In this document: piece after piece, positions 29,046 to 38,104 of the stretch
How positions within the stretch are numbered: position 1 is the stretch's first letter
Layout of the letters: each line of letters begins with the position of its first letter
DNA from: a virus
Strand: one strand, 5' to 3'
Length of the DNA: 64,000 nt
Virus record (IMG/VR): IMGVR_UViG_3300044634_004833
Location: 1 to 64,000 of that record
Made by a program: the position numbers and the translations under genes
The notes under the pieces: model-generated
The model's database searches: none
The model's input: only the letters and a program-made list of their open reading frames with translations
Told to the model about the DNA's origin: nothing

Positions 29046-29744
29046 ATGACCAATTCATGGGAAAATAGCAAAGACGAATTTGATAAACTATGTGGTTTAT
29101 GGGATAAGGCTTTGAGCGATGGAATATTTAACGATGCAACTCAACCAAAACGTGAGCCAAAAGATTTCTTTGGAAATACGCACTTTGATGTTTCTAAAAA
29201 TATTAATAATAAAGATGCAGAATACTGGGATGACGTAATTTCTCGCTCCGGAGAGATTATGCCAGATGAAAACATGATATTAATGGAAGCTGCTAAAAAA
29301 GAAGGCAAAAAAAAGTCAAATGAAAGCAAGAAGGATGAAAAGCCATTGGGAGATATGAGTGGAAACAAGCCATTCGATCTTCATAAAGCCAGAGTAAAAA
29401 CAAGCTTAGAAACAAGCGGCAAAGGTGGAACAGAAGCAAAGAAGGCTAAGATTTTAGCTAATACTCCAAATTTTGTTTCTCCAAATACTGTTGGTCCTGA
29501 TACGGTTGATAAGGAAAACAAGACAAAAATTACTTCTGGTTTAGCCGCAAGTGAAACATTTACTGAATTAGAAAAACTAAAGTTAAAACTATATGATTTA
29601 GAAGTAAAGATGAATAATTCAAATGGTTTGGATGAGAAAAAAGCCAAATCACTACAAAAGCAATTTATAAATGTTCGTCAAAAAATTGAAGATATTAGCA
29701 ATAGTTTTGGCGGTTCATACAAAGATAGAGAATATTATAGTTGA
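29046..29744 (+). CDS. hypothetical protein with C-terminal coiled coil
   Basis: TAGATA box and GAGG SD upstream. Confidence 0.65.
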   Translation: MTNSWENSKDEFDKLCGLWDKALSDGIFNDATQPKREPKDFFGNTHFDVSKNINNKDAEYWDDVISRSGEIMPDENMILMEAAKKEGKKKSNESKKDEKPLGDMSGNKPFDLHKARVKTSLETSGKGGTEAKKAKILANTPNFVSPNTVGPDTVDKENKTKITSGLAASETFTELEKLKLKLYDLEVKMNNSNGLDEKKAKSLQKQFINVRQKIEDISNSFGGSYKDREYYS

Positions 29745-29773
29745 TTTATTTTAAAATTTAATTATAATATTAC

Positions 29774-29956
29774 ATGGAAAATAAATTTAATATCCGCTGC
29801 ATGAAGTGCAAGTGGTATAAGCTAACAACAGGCATTTCTGAAGATTTAAAAGATCTATATGAAGTTAAAAATCATTGTACTGATTGCGGCAAACCTAGGG
29901 AGTTTCGCTGTCCAAAATGCGGAACTTCTTGTAAGATGCTGAGATTAAAGAATTGA
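29774..29956 (+). CDS. small zinc-binding protein
   Basis: three CxxC pairs. Confidence 0.65.
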   Translation: MENKFNIRCMKCKWYKLTTGISEDLKDLYEVKNHCTDCGKPREFRCPKCGTSCKMLRLKN

Positions 29957-31113
29957 TCAGAAAATTATTTAATTATAATTTTTATAACAATTTGGATGGC
30001 GGTCCTTTAGTTCGTGAGGACCGTCTATCACACTTAAAAATACACAAAAATATATACAAATCAAGCAGCCTGCCAGCAATTTACATTCTTGGATTTGTTG
30101 AGTTTGGCTGTGAAACATTCTTTCCTTATTATGTTTTGCCAAATATTATAAAAGAAAATCCTAATTACAAAATAGTATTTGTTGGTTGGTGTGGTAGAGA
30201 ATATTTTTACAAACATCTTGTTCATGAATATTGGGAACTAGATGAAAGTTTTATGCATTTGCGACAAACCGCTAGAGCAATGTCTTATGAATCGTGGAAT
30301 CTTAGGCAGCTAGAAACATATTTTTCTAGAATTGGAATTGTTTTAAGAAGTGATGCTATAGGAAATAATTTAATAGAATATATGTGTTTAGATTGCCGCC
30401 ATAAATCTGGGTATGCTAGACATTTAAAAGGTTGTCCTGTTTGCGGATCAAATAAAATAAGGCAATCTCTTTTGTCAAATCAGTCCGAGTTAAATAAAAA
30501 ACTTTATCCATTGCCCGAGATAAAAGAATCAAAGCTTGATTGGGCAAAGAGCATAATCCCCAAAAATGCAGTTGCAATTTTTGCTAGAAAAAGAGAAGCT
30601 TACGGAAGAAATTTAAATTCTGATTTTTATAAGAGGCTAATATTTCTTCTTAAAAAAATGGGATATGTTCCTGTTTGGATAGGTGAAAAAAATTCATCAC
30701 TTGCTTGTCCAGATACTTCTGTTTTAGATATAACATCACTATCTGATAGAAATGATTTAGAAAAAGTTTTGGCAATAATTTCTCTATGTGAATTTACTAT
30801 TCAGCTTTGGACTGCTTCAACACGTTTAAGTATGATTGCAAATACAAAATTTTTTTTAGTAGAATGCCCCGATCAGATTTATGGGAATGGCCAAGAGGGC
30901 ATTCGTTTAAAAATATTTAATCTTAAAAACACTCCCAGTAAATTATTTCTTTGCAATTATTGTAAATTTGTTGAAGATTATGATAAAACATTTAATTGTT
31001 TGGAAAAATCATTAAATGAATTCTTAATTGAACAAAACTATAACGACACTATTGATATGATAGATAATAAAAAATTATTAGAGGGATTGAAAGTAAAAAA
31101 TGCTTTTAGATAG
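29953..31113 (+). CDS. GT-B (GT9/heptosyltransferase-like) glycosyltransferase with CxxC-CxxC insert
   Basis: C-domain pattern R..Y.RN....FY..L...L...G...V.IG ... L....AIIS.C; CLDC/CPVC insert. Confidence 0.5.
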   Translation: MIRKLFNYNFYNNLDGGPLVREDRLSHLKIHKNIYKSSSLPAIYILGFVEFGCETFFPYYVLPNIIKENPNYKIVFVGWCGREYFYKHLVHEYWELDESFMHLRQTARAMSYESWNLRQLETYFSRIGIVLRSDAIGNNLIEYMCLDCRHKSGYARHLKGCPVCGSNKIRQSLLSNQSELNKKLYPLPEIKESKLDWAKSIIPKNAVAIFARKREAYGRNLNSDFYKRLIFLLKKMGYVPVWIGEKNSSLACPDTSVLDITSLSDRNDLEKVLAIISLCEFTIQLWTASTRLSMIANTKFFLVECPDQIYGNGQEGIRLKIFNLKNTPSKLFLCNYCKFVEDYDKTFNCLEKSLNEFLIEQNYNDTIDMIDNKKLLEGLKVKNAFR

Positions 31114-32230
31114 CGAAAATTATTTAGCTAGATATACAAATAATTTGGGGATTTCTAGAAAAAGAAATTCTACAAAAACCATTCCGGCATTACAAAACAT
31201 AAGAATTTTATATTGCTACGGTGACTTAGATTCTATTTTAATGTTTTGCAATACCATTTATCCAAACATAGTATACAATGATAAATTTTATAACATATTT
31301 ATAACATGGAATGGATTTGAGTTTGCTAATAAGTATGCGGATGAAGTTTGGTCTTTTAATGATGAAAAAATAACAGATATGTTTTATAAAAGCACAAATG
31401 GAATTCAAAATACTTCAGATGGAGTGTTTTCTCTCACAAGAAGCTTAAATGAAAATTTTATTAATGTAGAAGGTCCTCAGAAATATGAAAAATACTTTAC
31501 AACTAATTTACAAGATTTATTTGTAAAAGAATTTAAAACTTTAAATATAAAAACGCTCGAATTACAAAGCCAGTCTATTATAAATGACAATATTTTAAAA
31601 AGAATTTCTGAAGATAAGAAAAAAGTTTGTATAATACCATTTAAGTATGCATATCATTGGGATACAAATAAAAAAATATGCATAGAACAAAATCAAGAGG
31701 TTCATGAAGAGGTGGCTAAAATACTTGCTGGCATTGATTACAAGGTGCTAGTTATTCAAAATTCTTTTACATTAGATTTAAGTAAAAATATTCAAAATGA
31801 TAATGTTGTTATAGTCAGAGAAAGTAATTTTGAAAAAATACTAGTTATGATAAAATTGTGCGGAATGTATCTTGACATATTTGCAAATAGTTTTGCTTTA
31901 GGTGGAATTGCCAAGGTTCCGACTGTTAGTGTTTTTGATAAGCCATCATGGATGGCATTTAAAAAGTACGAAGATGTTGAGCTATTTTTACAAAAAGGTT
32001 TCTATAATTTTGTTCCGTCGTTTAATTATTTTTCAAAAACAGAGTATAATACGAATAAACTGTTTGTTCGTAAAATTGCAAATACAGTAAAGTTATTCTA
32101 TAATAAAAATGTAGGAAGTCCAACTTATTCAAAAGAAATAAGTTTTGATACAGAAAACTTTTGTCATTCAAAGCTTAATTACTTCCGTACAAAAAAGGTT
32201 TTTTTCTTGAGGAGTCCTAGTGATGCGTAA
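31100..32230 (+). CDS. divergent GT9-like protein
   Basis: YGDL near the N-terminus, DEVW, C-terminal MIKLC...LGGIAKVPTVSVF. Confidence 0.4.
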   Translation: MLLDSENYLARYTNNLGISRKRNSTKTIPALQNIRILYCYGDLDSILMFCNTIYPNIVYNDKFYNIFITWNGFEFANKYADEVWSFNDEKITDMFYKSTNGIQNTSDGVFSLTRSLNENFINVEGPQKYEKYFTTNLQDLFVKEFKTLNIKTLELQSQSIINDNILKRISEDKKKVCIIPFKYAYHWDTNKKICIEQNQEVHEEVAKILAGIDYKVLVIQNSFTLDLSKNIQNDNVVIVRESNFEKILVMIKLCGMYLDIFANSFALGGIAKVPTVSVFDKPSWMAFKKYEDVELFLQKGFYNFVPSFNYFSKTEYNTNKLFVRKIANTVKLFYNKNVGSPTYSKEISFDTENFCHSKLNYFRTKKVFFLRSPSDA

Positions 32231-32507
32231 AGCAAATGTCAGAGTTGAGGCCAGAGATCTTCCTTTTAATGCTTCTCGTGAAGAAAGAGAAAGAAATTTT
32301 AAAGGTTTAATGAGTACTTTCAGACAAGCATGTAATAAGGCTGGTATTATGAAGCAAATCAAGAAGAAGGAATACTATGAATCTCCTTCTATACTTGCAA
32401 GAAGAAAGAAGAGAGAAAAGGAAGCGACTATTCTTAAGTTGAAGCTGAAAGAGTTATTTCCAGAAGCTGGCAATCCTCCAAAAAGCAAAAATAGAAATAG
32501 GGATTAA
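32223..32507 (+). CDS. rpsU: ribosomal protein bS21 homolog
   Basis: F.....FRQAC.KAGI.K..KKKEYYE.PS...RRKK matches the bS21 core. Confidence 0.8.
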   Translation: MRKANVRVEARDLPFNASREERERNFKGLMSTFRQACNKAGIMKQIKKKEYYESPSILARRKKREKEATILKLKLKELFPEAGNPPKSKNRNRD

Positions 32508-32508
32508 A

Positions 32509-32778
32509 ATGCCTTCAAATAAAAAATCTAAAACATTTAATGTTTATTTAGAGCAAGAGTATCAAGGCATACTAAAAGAATATGCAAAAGCATCCGGCAT
32601 ATCAGTTAGTCAATTATTGAGAAATTTAATTAATAAGTATTTAAAAGTTGAATCGGGAACCAAAAAGGTAGTTCTTAATATACCTAAAGAGGTGGCTGTT
32701 GATTCAGAGGAGCTTGATAAGTGGCTTACAACCAAAAAGAATGCTTTGGTAAACTATTTCAAGGGCATTTCCCCTTAG
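32509..32778 (+). CDS. ribbon-helix-helix (CopG-like) DNA-binding protein
   Basis: FNVYL.......LKEYA...GISVSQLLR.LI. Confidence 0.65.
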   Translation: MPSNKKSKTFNVYLEQEYQGILKEYAKASGISVSQLLRNLINKYLKVESGTKKVVLNIPKEVAVDSEELDKWLTTKKNALVNYFKGISP

Positions 32779-33260
32779 TTATAGTTTCATCTGAAAAAAT
32801 ACCCAAAGCAGAAGATATTATTTCTTTTCGTGAAAACGAGATAGATTTTTATATAAAAACGGCTGTTAACATGCAGATACTTTGTTCTGTAAAAAACGGG
32901 TATGGATTGTCTGCTGTTCAATGTGGAATTCCATTAAAATTGTTTGTTACAAATGATGGCACAAATCAATTTAGAACTTTTATAGATTGTGATTATGTTG
33001 GAAATGGAGAAAAGGCAGAATCTTTAGAAGGTTGCTTGAGTTTGAGATTAGGAAGCGGGTCAATTAGAAGGTTTATTGTCCCTAGATACAAAGATATTCG
33101 TGTGTCAGGATATGAAATTTTTATTAATTCAATCGATAAAAAATTTGCCAAGATAGAAGACAATTTTTCTGGAATCCCTGCCATAGTGTTGCAACATGAG
33201 ATAGATCATAATAATGGAATTTTAATAAGTGATATAGGTAAAGAAGTAGAGGTTTTTTGA
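32721..33260 (+). CDS. def: peptide deformylase
   Basis: GYGLSAVQ, EGCLS, QHEIDH; GTG start with GAGGAG 8 nt upstream. Confidence 0.9.
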   Translation: MAYNQKECFGKLFQGHFPLVIVSSEKIPKAEDIISFRENEIDFYIKTAVNMQILCSVKNGYGLSAVQCGIPLKLFVTNDGTNQFRTFIDCDYVGNGEKAESLEGCLSLRLGSGSIRRFIVPRYKDIRVSGYEIFINSIDKKFAKIEDNFSGIPAIVLQHEIDHNNGILISDIGKEVEVF

Positions 33261-33517
33261 TGCCATTATCCAAATTGCAAGTAATAAATGTATGTCAACC
33301 CAAAGGTGAGGTTGTTTGCAGATATCTTTCTGAAGACGAGTTTGATCCAAACATTTATTTTTGTTTAAAGAAGACAAGCCGCAAGTCTGTGATTGACGAA
33401 ATGGTTGAAAAAAGCACAAAAGGTAAAAAAGATACATCTGATATGCCTGTTGGAGATAATTGCAAGGGATATCCTTTGCTAAGGCATGTTGAAGTTGGAT
33501 ATGATAAAAAAAATTGA
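33260..33517 (+). CDS. small Cys-rich hypothetical protein
   Basis: C..CRYL...C.K...GDNC.G. Confidence 0.6.
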   Translation: MPLSKLQVINVCQPKGEVVCRYLSEDEFDPNIYFCLKKTSRKSVIDEMVEKSTKGKKDTSDMPVGDNCKGYPLLRHVEVGYDKKN

Positions 33518-33554
33518 AAAAAAATGATGTTTTGCTCTGGCAACCCAAGAAGAT

Positions 33555-34043
33555 ATGAGCTACAATCTTGAACTACAATCTTCGACTACTGGCAGGAGGC
33601 CTTGGATGTCAAAACTTTTCTTTCGTAATGGCGATTTTTCAAGCGCTTTTGATCTAGTAGAAGATAACGACTCAATAAATATCTCCGAAGTAGAGATAGA
33701 CATAACCAAGCCAGAGTACATTCAAGGAATGTACTCTAAAGTCTTTGGGCAAGATGAAAAAATTACTCCTAAAGAGTTGCAAATCATAAGCACTTTTAGT
33801 ATTGAAAAAAGTTTCGAGCGGGCCGTAACTTTATGTCACAAGATGATATCTGCATATGACCCCATGCAAGATGAAGATGTTGTTCACGATTCCGAAGAGG
33901 ATGATGCAGAATACACTCCCGATTCTTGTGATGTTTCAACAAAAATTATTATAGAATCTCATAATACTCTTATAGAGAATAAGGTCCCTCATGTTTATAA
34001 AGCGGGAATGTTGTTGATATCAGTATTAAAAAGAAAGAGATGA
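33555..34043 (+). CDS. hypothetical protein
   Basis: 162-aa ORF. Confidence 0.6.
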   Translation: MSYNLELQSSTTGRRPWMSKLFFRNGDFSSAFDLVEDNDSINISEVEIDITKPEYIQGMYSKVFGQDEKITPKELQIISTFSIEKSFERAVTLCHKMISAYDPMQDEDVVHDSEEDDAEYTPDSCDVSTKIIIESHNTLIENKVPHVYKAGMLLISVLKRKR

Positions 34044-34044
34044 T

Positions 34045-34368
34045 ATGCCGAGTTATTTTGAGAAAAACGTTGCGTTTATAAATCAAAATTACGAAAGATT
34101 TCAAATACCTAAAGAGTTTTCATTTCTAAAAAAGTATTTTAGAACCAAGCCTCAGAAAGCGTTTTTGCGATATTATTTTATTATGAGAGATGGGCGTTAT
34201 TTTTCAAGACACACAGGACATGCAGCGCATGATTCATTTGTAAGCAAGATGAAATCAAAATTTAATTACTTTATGAATATGTATGAAAAAGCCAAAGTTG
34301 ATATGGATTTTGAAACAATTGCTAAATTAAATTCTAGAGAAATTATTCTTATTAAGAGGCTAAGGTGA
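34045..34368 (+). CDS. hypothetical basic protein
   Basis: 107-aa ORF. Confidence 0.6.
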   Translation: MPSYFEKNVAFINQNYERFQIPKEFSFLKKYFRTKPQKAFLRYYFIMRDGRYFSRHTGHAAHDSFVSKMKSKFNYFMNMYEKAKVDMDFETIAKLNSREIILIKRLR

Positions 34369-34739
34369 ATAAGAAATTTTATCAAATAAAAAAACTAGAA
34401 GGCATAACTTCTGTTTATTTTACAATTAAGAGTCAAGATACAAACCAAAATAGAAAATTTGAAATAAATGCAGATGATTTTTTATGTTTAAATAATGTTT
34501 TAATAGATTATACAATTAATAAATATATTTTTTACGCAAAAGAAATTGAATTAGTAAAAATAGAAAAATATGTTTTAGAACTTTCGTTAAAAGATGAGCC
34601 AAATAATTTTAGAAAAATAATTCCCATACCAATAAGAAGCTTTTTTAAAAATGGGTATGATGATTTTTACAACAACCTTATTGAACAAAATCCAAATTGC
34701 AAGGTAGAAGTATTTCAATTCTATAAACATGGAAAATGA
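34365..34739 (+). CDS. hypothetical protein
   Basis: GTGA-coupled ORF. Confidence 0.55.
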   Translation: MNKKFYQIKKLEGITSVYFTIKSQDTNQNRKFEINADDFLCLNNVLIDYTINKYIFYAKEIELVKIEKYVLELSLKDEPNNFRKIIPIPIRSFFKNGYDDFYNNLIEQNPNCKVEVFQFYKHGK

Positions 34740-35115
34740 TATTTTTTTAATGTCTGTGGCAATTTTAAACGCATGGCGCACCGGCCATGTAACCAAAAAC
34801 TATAGTGCTGTTATTGCTAGCAAAGAATTCGAACTGCTGAAAACTATAGTTGTTCCCCAAAATAAATTTATAACAGAAGGTGCTTTGGCATTAAGTCTTT
34901 TTGGACACAATCTTAAATATTGTGATTCAAATATTTATATTAATTTTATACCAAATGCAAACATTGCAAGTTGTGCAAAGATGAAAGAAGTTGGCAGACT
35001 AGTTTATTATGGGGACCGTAATACAAAGGATTTAGAGGACTATTCTGATTTTTGTATTAATTTCGATTATAATTTTGGATCTATAATAGATTTATTAGCC
35101 ACCATAGATAAATAA
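34729..35115 (+). CDS. possible degenerate dCMP-deaminase-fold protein lacking Zn ligands
   Basis: D.FLM.VA...A, SAVI, ITE.A in place of HAE.NA, IY....PN..IA in place of PCxxC, V.RLVY. Confidence 0.4.
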   Translation: MENDIFLMSVAILNAWRTGHVTKNYSAVIASKEFELLKTIVVPQNKFITEGALALSLFGHNLKYCDSNIYINFIPNANIASCAKMKEVGRLVYYGDRNTKDLEDYSDFCINFDYNFGSIIDLLATIDK

Positions 35116-35119
35116 TTTT

Positions 35120-35836
35120 ATGATTAATTATAATAAAAATATAGAATATGGGTGTGATGGAATACCAAACCTATGTCCAGATTTTACAATCAAGAGGCAT
35201 GATACAAGGCCTGTATTTAAGGTTGATATTACCGACTGTGACCTACCTGTTGATTTAACAGGGTTGGTTATTGAGGCAAGCATGTGGTTGAATACAAAAT
35301 TAAAAGCAGCTATAACAACATCCTCTTTGGCCATACAATTCGCAGATAACATAGGATTTGAACAAATAAATGAAAACACAATAATACAAATTGGCGATAA
35401 TAGAAAATTTGAAAGAATGTTAATTGATTATATAGATGAAGATTCTAAAACTATATATGTATTCAGGGGTCAGCTAGACACAAATAGTTATAGTTTTGCA
35501 AAAGGATCTAAAGTAAAATTATTAAGATTTATTAATGCTCCTGCTCAAGCCGAGCTGGAGTACCAAGATATTGAAAACCTTGATGGTACAATATCAAAAA
35601 ATACTTTGGTAAGAAGCACACTAATTTATGAATGGCAGCCAGATGATACTTGCTTTTGGGGTAAATACTTTTTAGAATTTAAAGTGATGGAAGTTCAATC
35701 AATAAAAACTCCTGTTGTATCAAACATACCTAATTACCATTGTAGCTTAGGTGCTGGTGTTGTCTGGGCTAGAAGATTTCCTTCTGATAGAGAAGGATTT
35801 TTAATTAACATATTTGATTCTCCAACAGCAGAATAG
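35120..35836 (+). CDS. BppU-like baseplate/tail accessory protein
   Basis: F.IKR.DT.P.F, PVDLTG, YEW...DT...G.Y..EF.V. Confidence 0.65.
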   Translation: MINYNKNIEYGCDGIPNLCPDFTIKRHDTRPVFKVDITDCDLPVDLTGLVIEASMWLNTKLKAAITTSSLAIQFADNIGFEQINENTIIQIGDNRKFERMLIDYIDEDSKTIYVFRGQLDTNSYSFAKGSKVKLLRFINAPAQAELEYQDIENLDGTISKNTLVRSTLIYEWQPDDTCFWGKYFLEFKVMEVQSIKTPVVSNIPNYHCSLGAGVVWARRFPSDREGFLINIFDSPTAE

Positions 35837-35846
35837 GAAATTTTAG

Positions 35847-36416
35847 ATGCATTTTGAAAAGAATAAGTATTTTATAAACAATAAAATTCGTGCCAATTTA
35901 GTTCGTGTTACTCATGAAAATAATCAATTAGGTGTTATGCCTATACAAGAAGCTTTGAATTATTCTTTTCAAAGAGGCTTGGATTTAATACTTATAAATT
36001 CACAAACAAATCCTCCTTTGTGCATTGTTGAAGAATTTGGTAAATTTAAGTATGAAAACAAAATAAAAGAAAAAGAAGTTAGAAAAAAGCAAAAAGAAGC
36101 TGTTGTTGTTATTAAAGAAGTAAGAATGACACCAACAATATCAGATCATGATTTACAAACCAAATTAAAGTCGGTTATTTCTTTTTTAGAATCTGGTAAA
36201 TCTGTTCAGGTACAAATACGATTTTCTCATAGAGAATTAAATCATAAAGAAATAGGTATACAAAAAATTGATATAATTATAGAGAGTACAAAAAATATTG
36301 CTTCAATTGAACAGAAGCCTTCTTTTTTTGGAAAATCATTAGTTTGCAAACTCGTGCCTCTGAGGAAAAAAAATGGAATCCAAAGAAACGACAATGTTAA
36401 ACAATCAAATACATGA
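35847..36416 (+). CDS. infC: translation initiation factor IF-3
   Basis: IN.KIRA..VRV, QLGVM...EAL, GLDL, PP.C...FGKFKYE, KEVRM.P.I..HDL.TK. Confidence 0.92.
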   Translation: MHFEKNKYFINNKIRANLVRVTHENNQLGVMPIQEALNYSFQRGLDLILINSQTNPPLCIVEEFGKFKYENKIKEKEVRKKQKEAVVVIKEVRMTPTISDHDLQTKLKSVISFLESGKSVQVQIRFSHRELNHKEIGIQKIDIIIESTKNIASIEQKPSFFGKSLVCKLVPLRKKNGIQRNDNVKQSNT

Positions 36417-37296
36417 GTCTATAACAGATCATAAAAAATATTTTGTAAAAATTTATAATAAAAATAAAATAAAAGTATTTTTAAACTTATTTAAAAAGAA
36501 CTGGCTTTCACAGAGCTTCCCAGATGTTCTATATTTTTTTGAATCCATAGATATGAAACATCCTGATTTGTCTTGCTTCATAGAATCTTTATTTTATGAA
36601 GATTTTATAGATAAAGCTAAATCTATAGATACAATTATAGATTTTTGTAATAAGAAAAAAATAAATAATATTAATATTGAAAGTACCTTGCCATCTGTTT
36701 TATTAAACAGTGTTAATAACAGATTGGCAACAAATTTAGGAAACCCAGAAACAACTTTAAATCATATAAGATTTTTATCTAGTTCAAAAAGATGGATTGC
36801 CAGATCATATAAAAAAAATCAGGTTGTGTATGCAAAAGAAAAGCATGTAAATAATTTGACAAATGAAGAAACTCTTGAATATTTTGGCCACAACTCAATG
36901 AAGATAGAAGAATATTATCAAGAATTATTGCAAAAGTATGATAATTTTAAAAAAATAAATTGCAATAACATGGCCAAAGAGTTGTCTAATTATATTGAAA
37001 AGGTAAAAGAAAATTTAAATCAAAAAAAATATGGTTTTTATAGAGTTCCAATTAGCAAAATAATCAATATTATCGCAGCACAAAAATCTTTTGATGTTGT
37101 CGAAATCATACCAGTAAAAGATTTAAATTATTTAAAAAATAGAAACTGCCCTGATTTTATTAAGATTTGTGAAAACTTCTTTGGCAAAAATCATGGTATA
37201 TTTGATCATTATGCAGAAATAAAGTTTGGTGGTATAAGCACATCTTATTTAATTGGCGAAATTGATTCCAGATCATATTTTATAGGAGCTATTTAA
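36373..37296 (+). CDS. hypothetical protein
   Basis: 307-aa ORF. Confidence 0.6.
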   Translation: MESKETTMLNNQIHESITDHKKYFVKIYNKNKIKVFLNLFKKNWLSQSFPDVLYFFESIDMKHPDLSCFIESLFYEDFIDKAKSIDTIIDFCNKKKINNINIESTLPSVLLNSVNNRLATNLGNPETTLNHIRFLSSSKRWIARSYKKNQVVYAKEKHVNNLTNEETLEYFGHNSMKIEEYYQELLQKYDNFKKINCNNMAKELSNYIEKVKENLNQKKYGFYRVPISKIINIIAAQKSFDVVEIIPVKDLNYLKNRNCPDFIKICENFFGKNHGIFDHYAEIKFGGISTSYLIGEIDSRSYFIGAI

Positions 37297-37715
37297 TGGC
37301 TGCAGAAAACATAGGCATTAACATTCATTATTCAGAGCTTAGAAAATTTTTAATAGATCTTTATAAAGAGGCCATTAATTCTTATGCAGATTTGGCAGAA
37401 TCGATTGTTGATCAGAAAATACAACTTCTCATTGAAAAAAAGCATTTGTCTAATGCTTCCTCGGTTAAATTTAGCGTTTTAGATGACAATGGTGAAAAGG
37501 CGCAAAAGCATCAAGCTGCTGGTGTATCTAGTTCGTGGGCATCAGTTAATAGTTCTATTTCTAGTTTTGGAAGCTATGCATTGCCATCTTATAATGGATA
37601 TTTACAAAGTTTAACAGGAACTGTAGAAATTAGTGGCAATTCTTCTTCTAATTTTCCATATGTTGTATCTGGGGATACTATAATGTTTTCAGGAGGCTCT
37701 AATCCAGCCAATTAA
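37296..37715 (+). CDS. hypothetical protein with Ser-rich C-terminus
   Basis: 139-aa ORF. Confidence 0.6.
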   Translation: MAAENIGINIHYSELRKFLIDLYKEAINSYADLAESIVDQKIQLLIEKKHLSNASSVKFSVLDDNGEKAQKHQAAGVSSSWASVNSSISSFGSYALPSYNGYLQSLTGTVEISGNSSSNFPYVVSGDTIMFSGGSNPAN

Positions 37716-37729
37716 CCTTAGAGGTAAAA

Positions 37730-38104
37730 ATGAGTTCTACAAAGAAAACGTGTGATAGTAAGGGTTGTAAGTCTGAAGCACCTTGTGGAGCATATACTGC
37801 TCCAAAGGAAGTTCAATCAGTAAAGGGATGTGTGCCAGTAGCATCTCAGGTTTTGCTTGAGTTGTTGACATCTCAAGAAATTATGAACACCAGACTCCAT
37901 CTTAACAATAACAAGCCAGCAGGCGAATATCAGGCTTTCGTTTTGGCGACTGGGCCAAAGTTTGATGGTGATGCATGGGGCTTCAAGACGGGAGACAGAG
38001 TTTTAGTTTCTGGTTCTGGCGTTCCTGTTCCAAACTATGATTACGGCGAACGAGATCGTGTTTTGATGGAACCACATTCTATTAAGGGCGTGTTGCTGTC
38101 TTGA
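37730..38104 (+). CDS. groS: GroES-like co-chaperonin (divergent)
   Basis: PV...VLLE, A.VLA.GP, FK.GDRV, LM....I.GVL. Confidence 0.7.
   Translation: MSSTKKTCDSKGCKSEAPCGAYTAPKEVQSVKGCVPVASQVLLELLTSQEIMNTRLHLNNNKPAGEYQAFVLATGPKFDGDAWGFKTGDRVLVSGSGVPVPNYDYGERDRVLMEPHSIKGVLLS

Noticed and set aside
32721-32790. Programmed frameshift fusing the RHH protein to peptide deformylase
   Set aside because: No canonical slippery heptamer, and the GTG at 32721 has a good GAGGAG SD 8 nt upstream.
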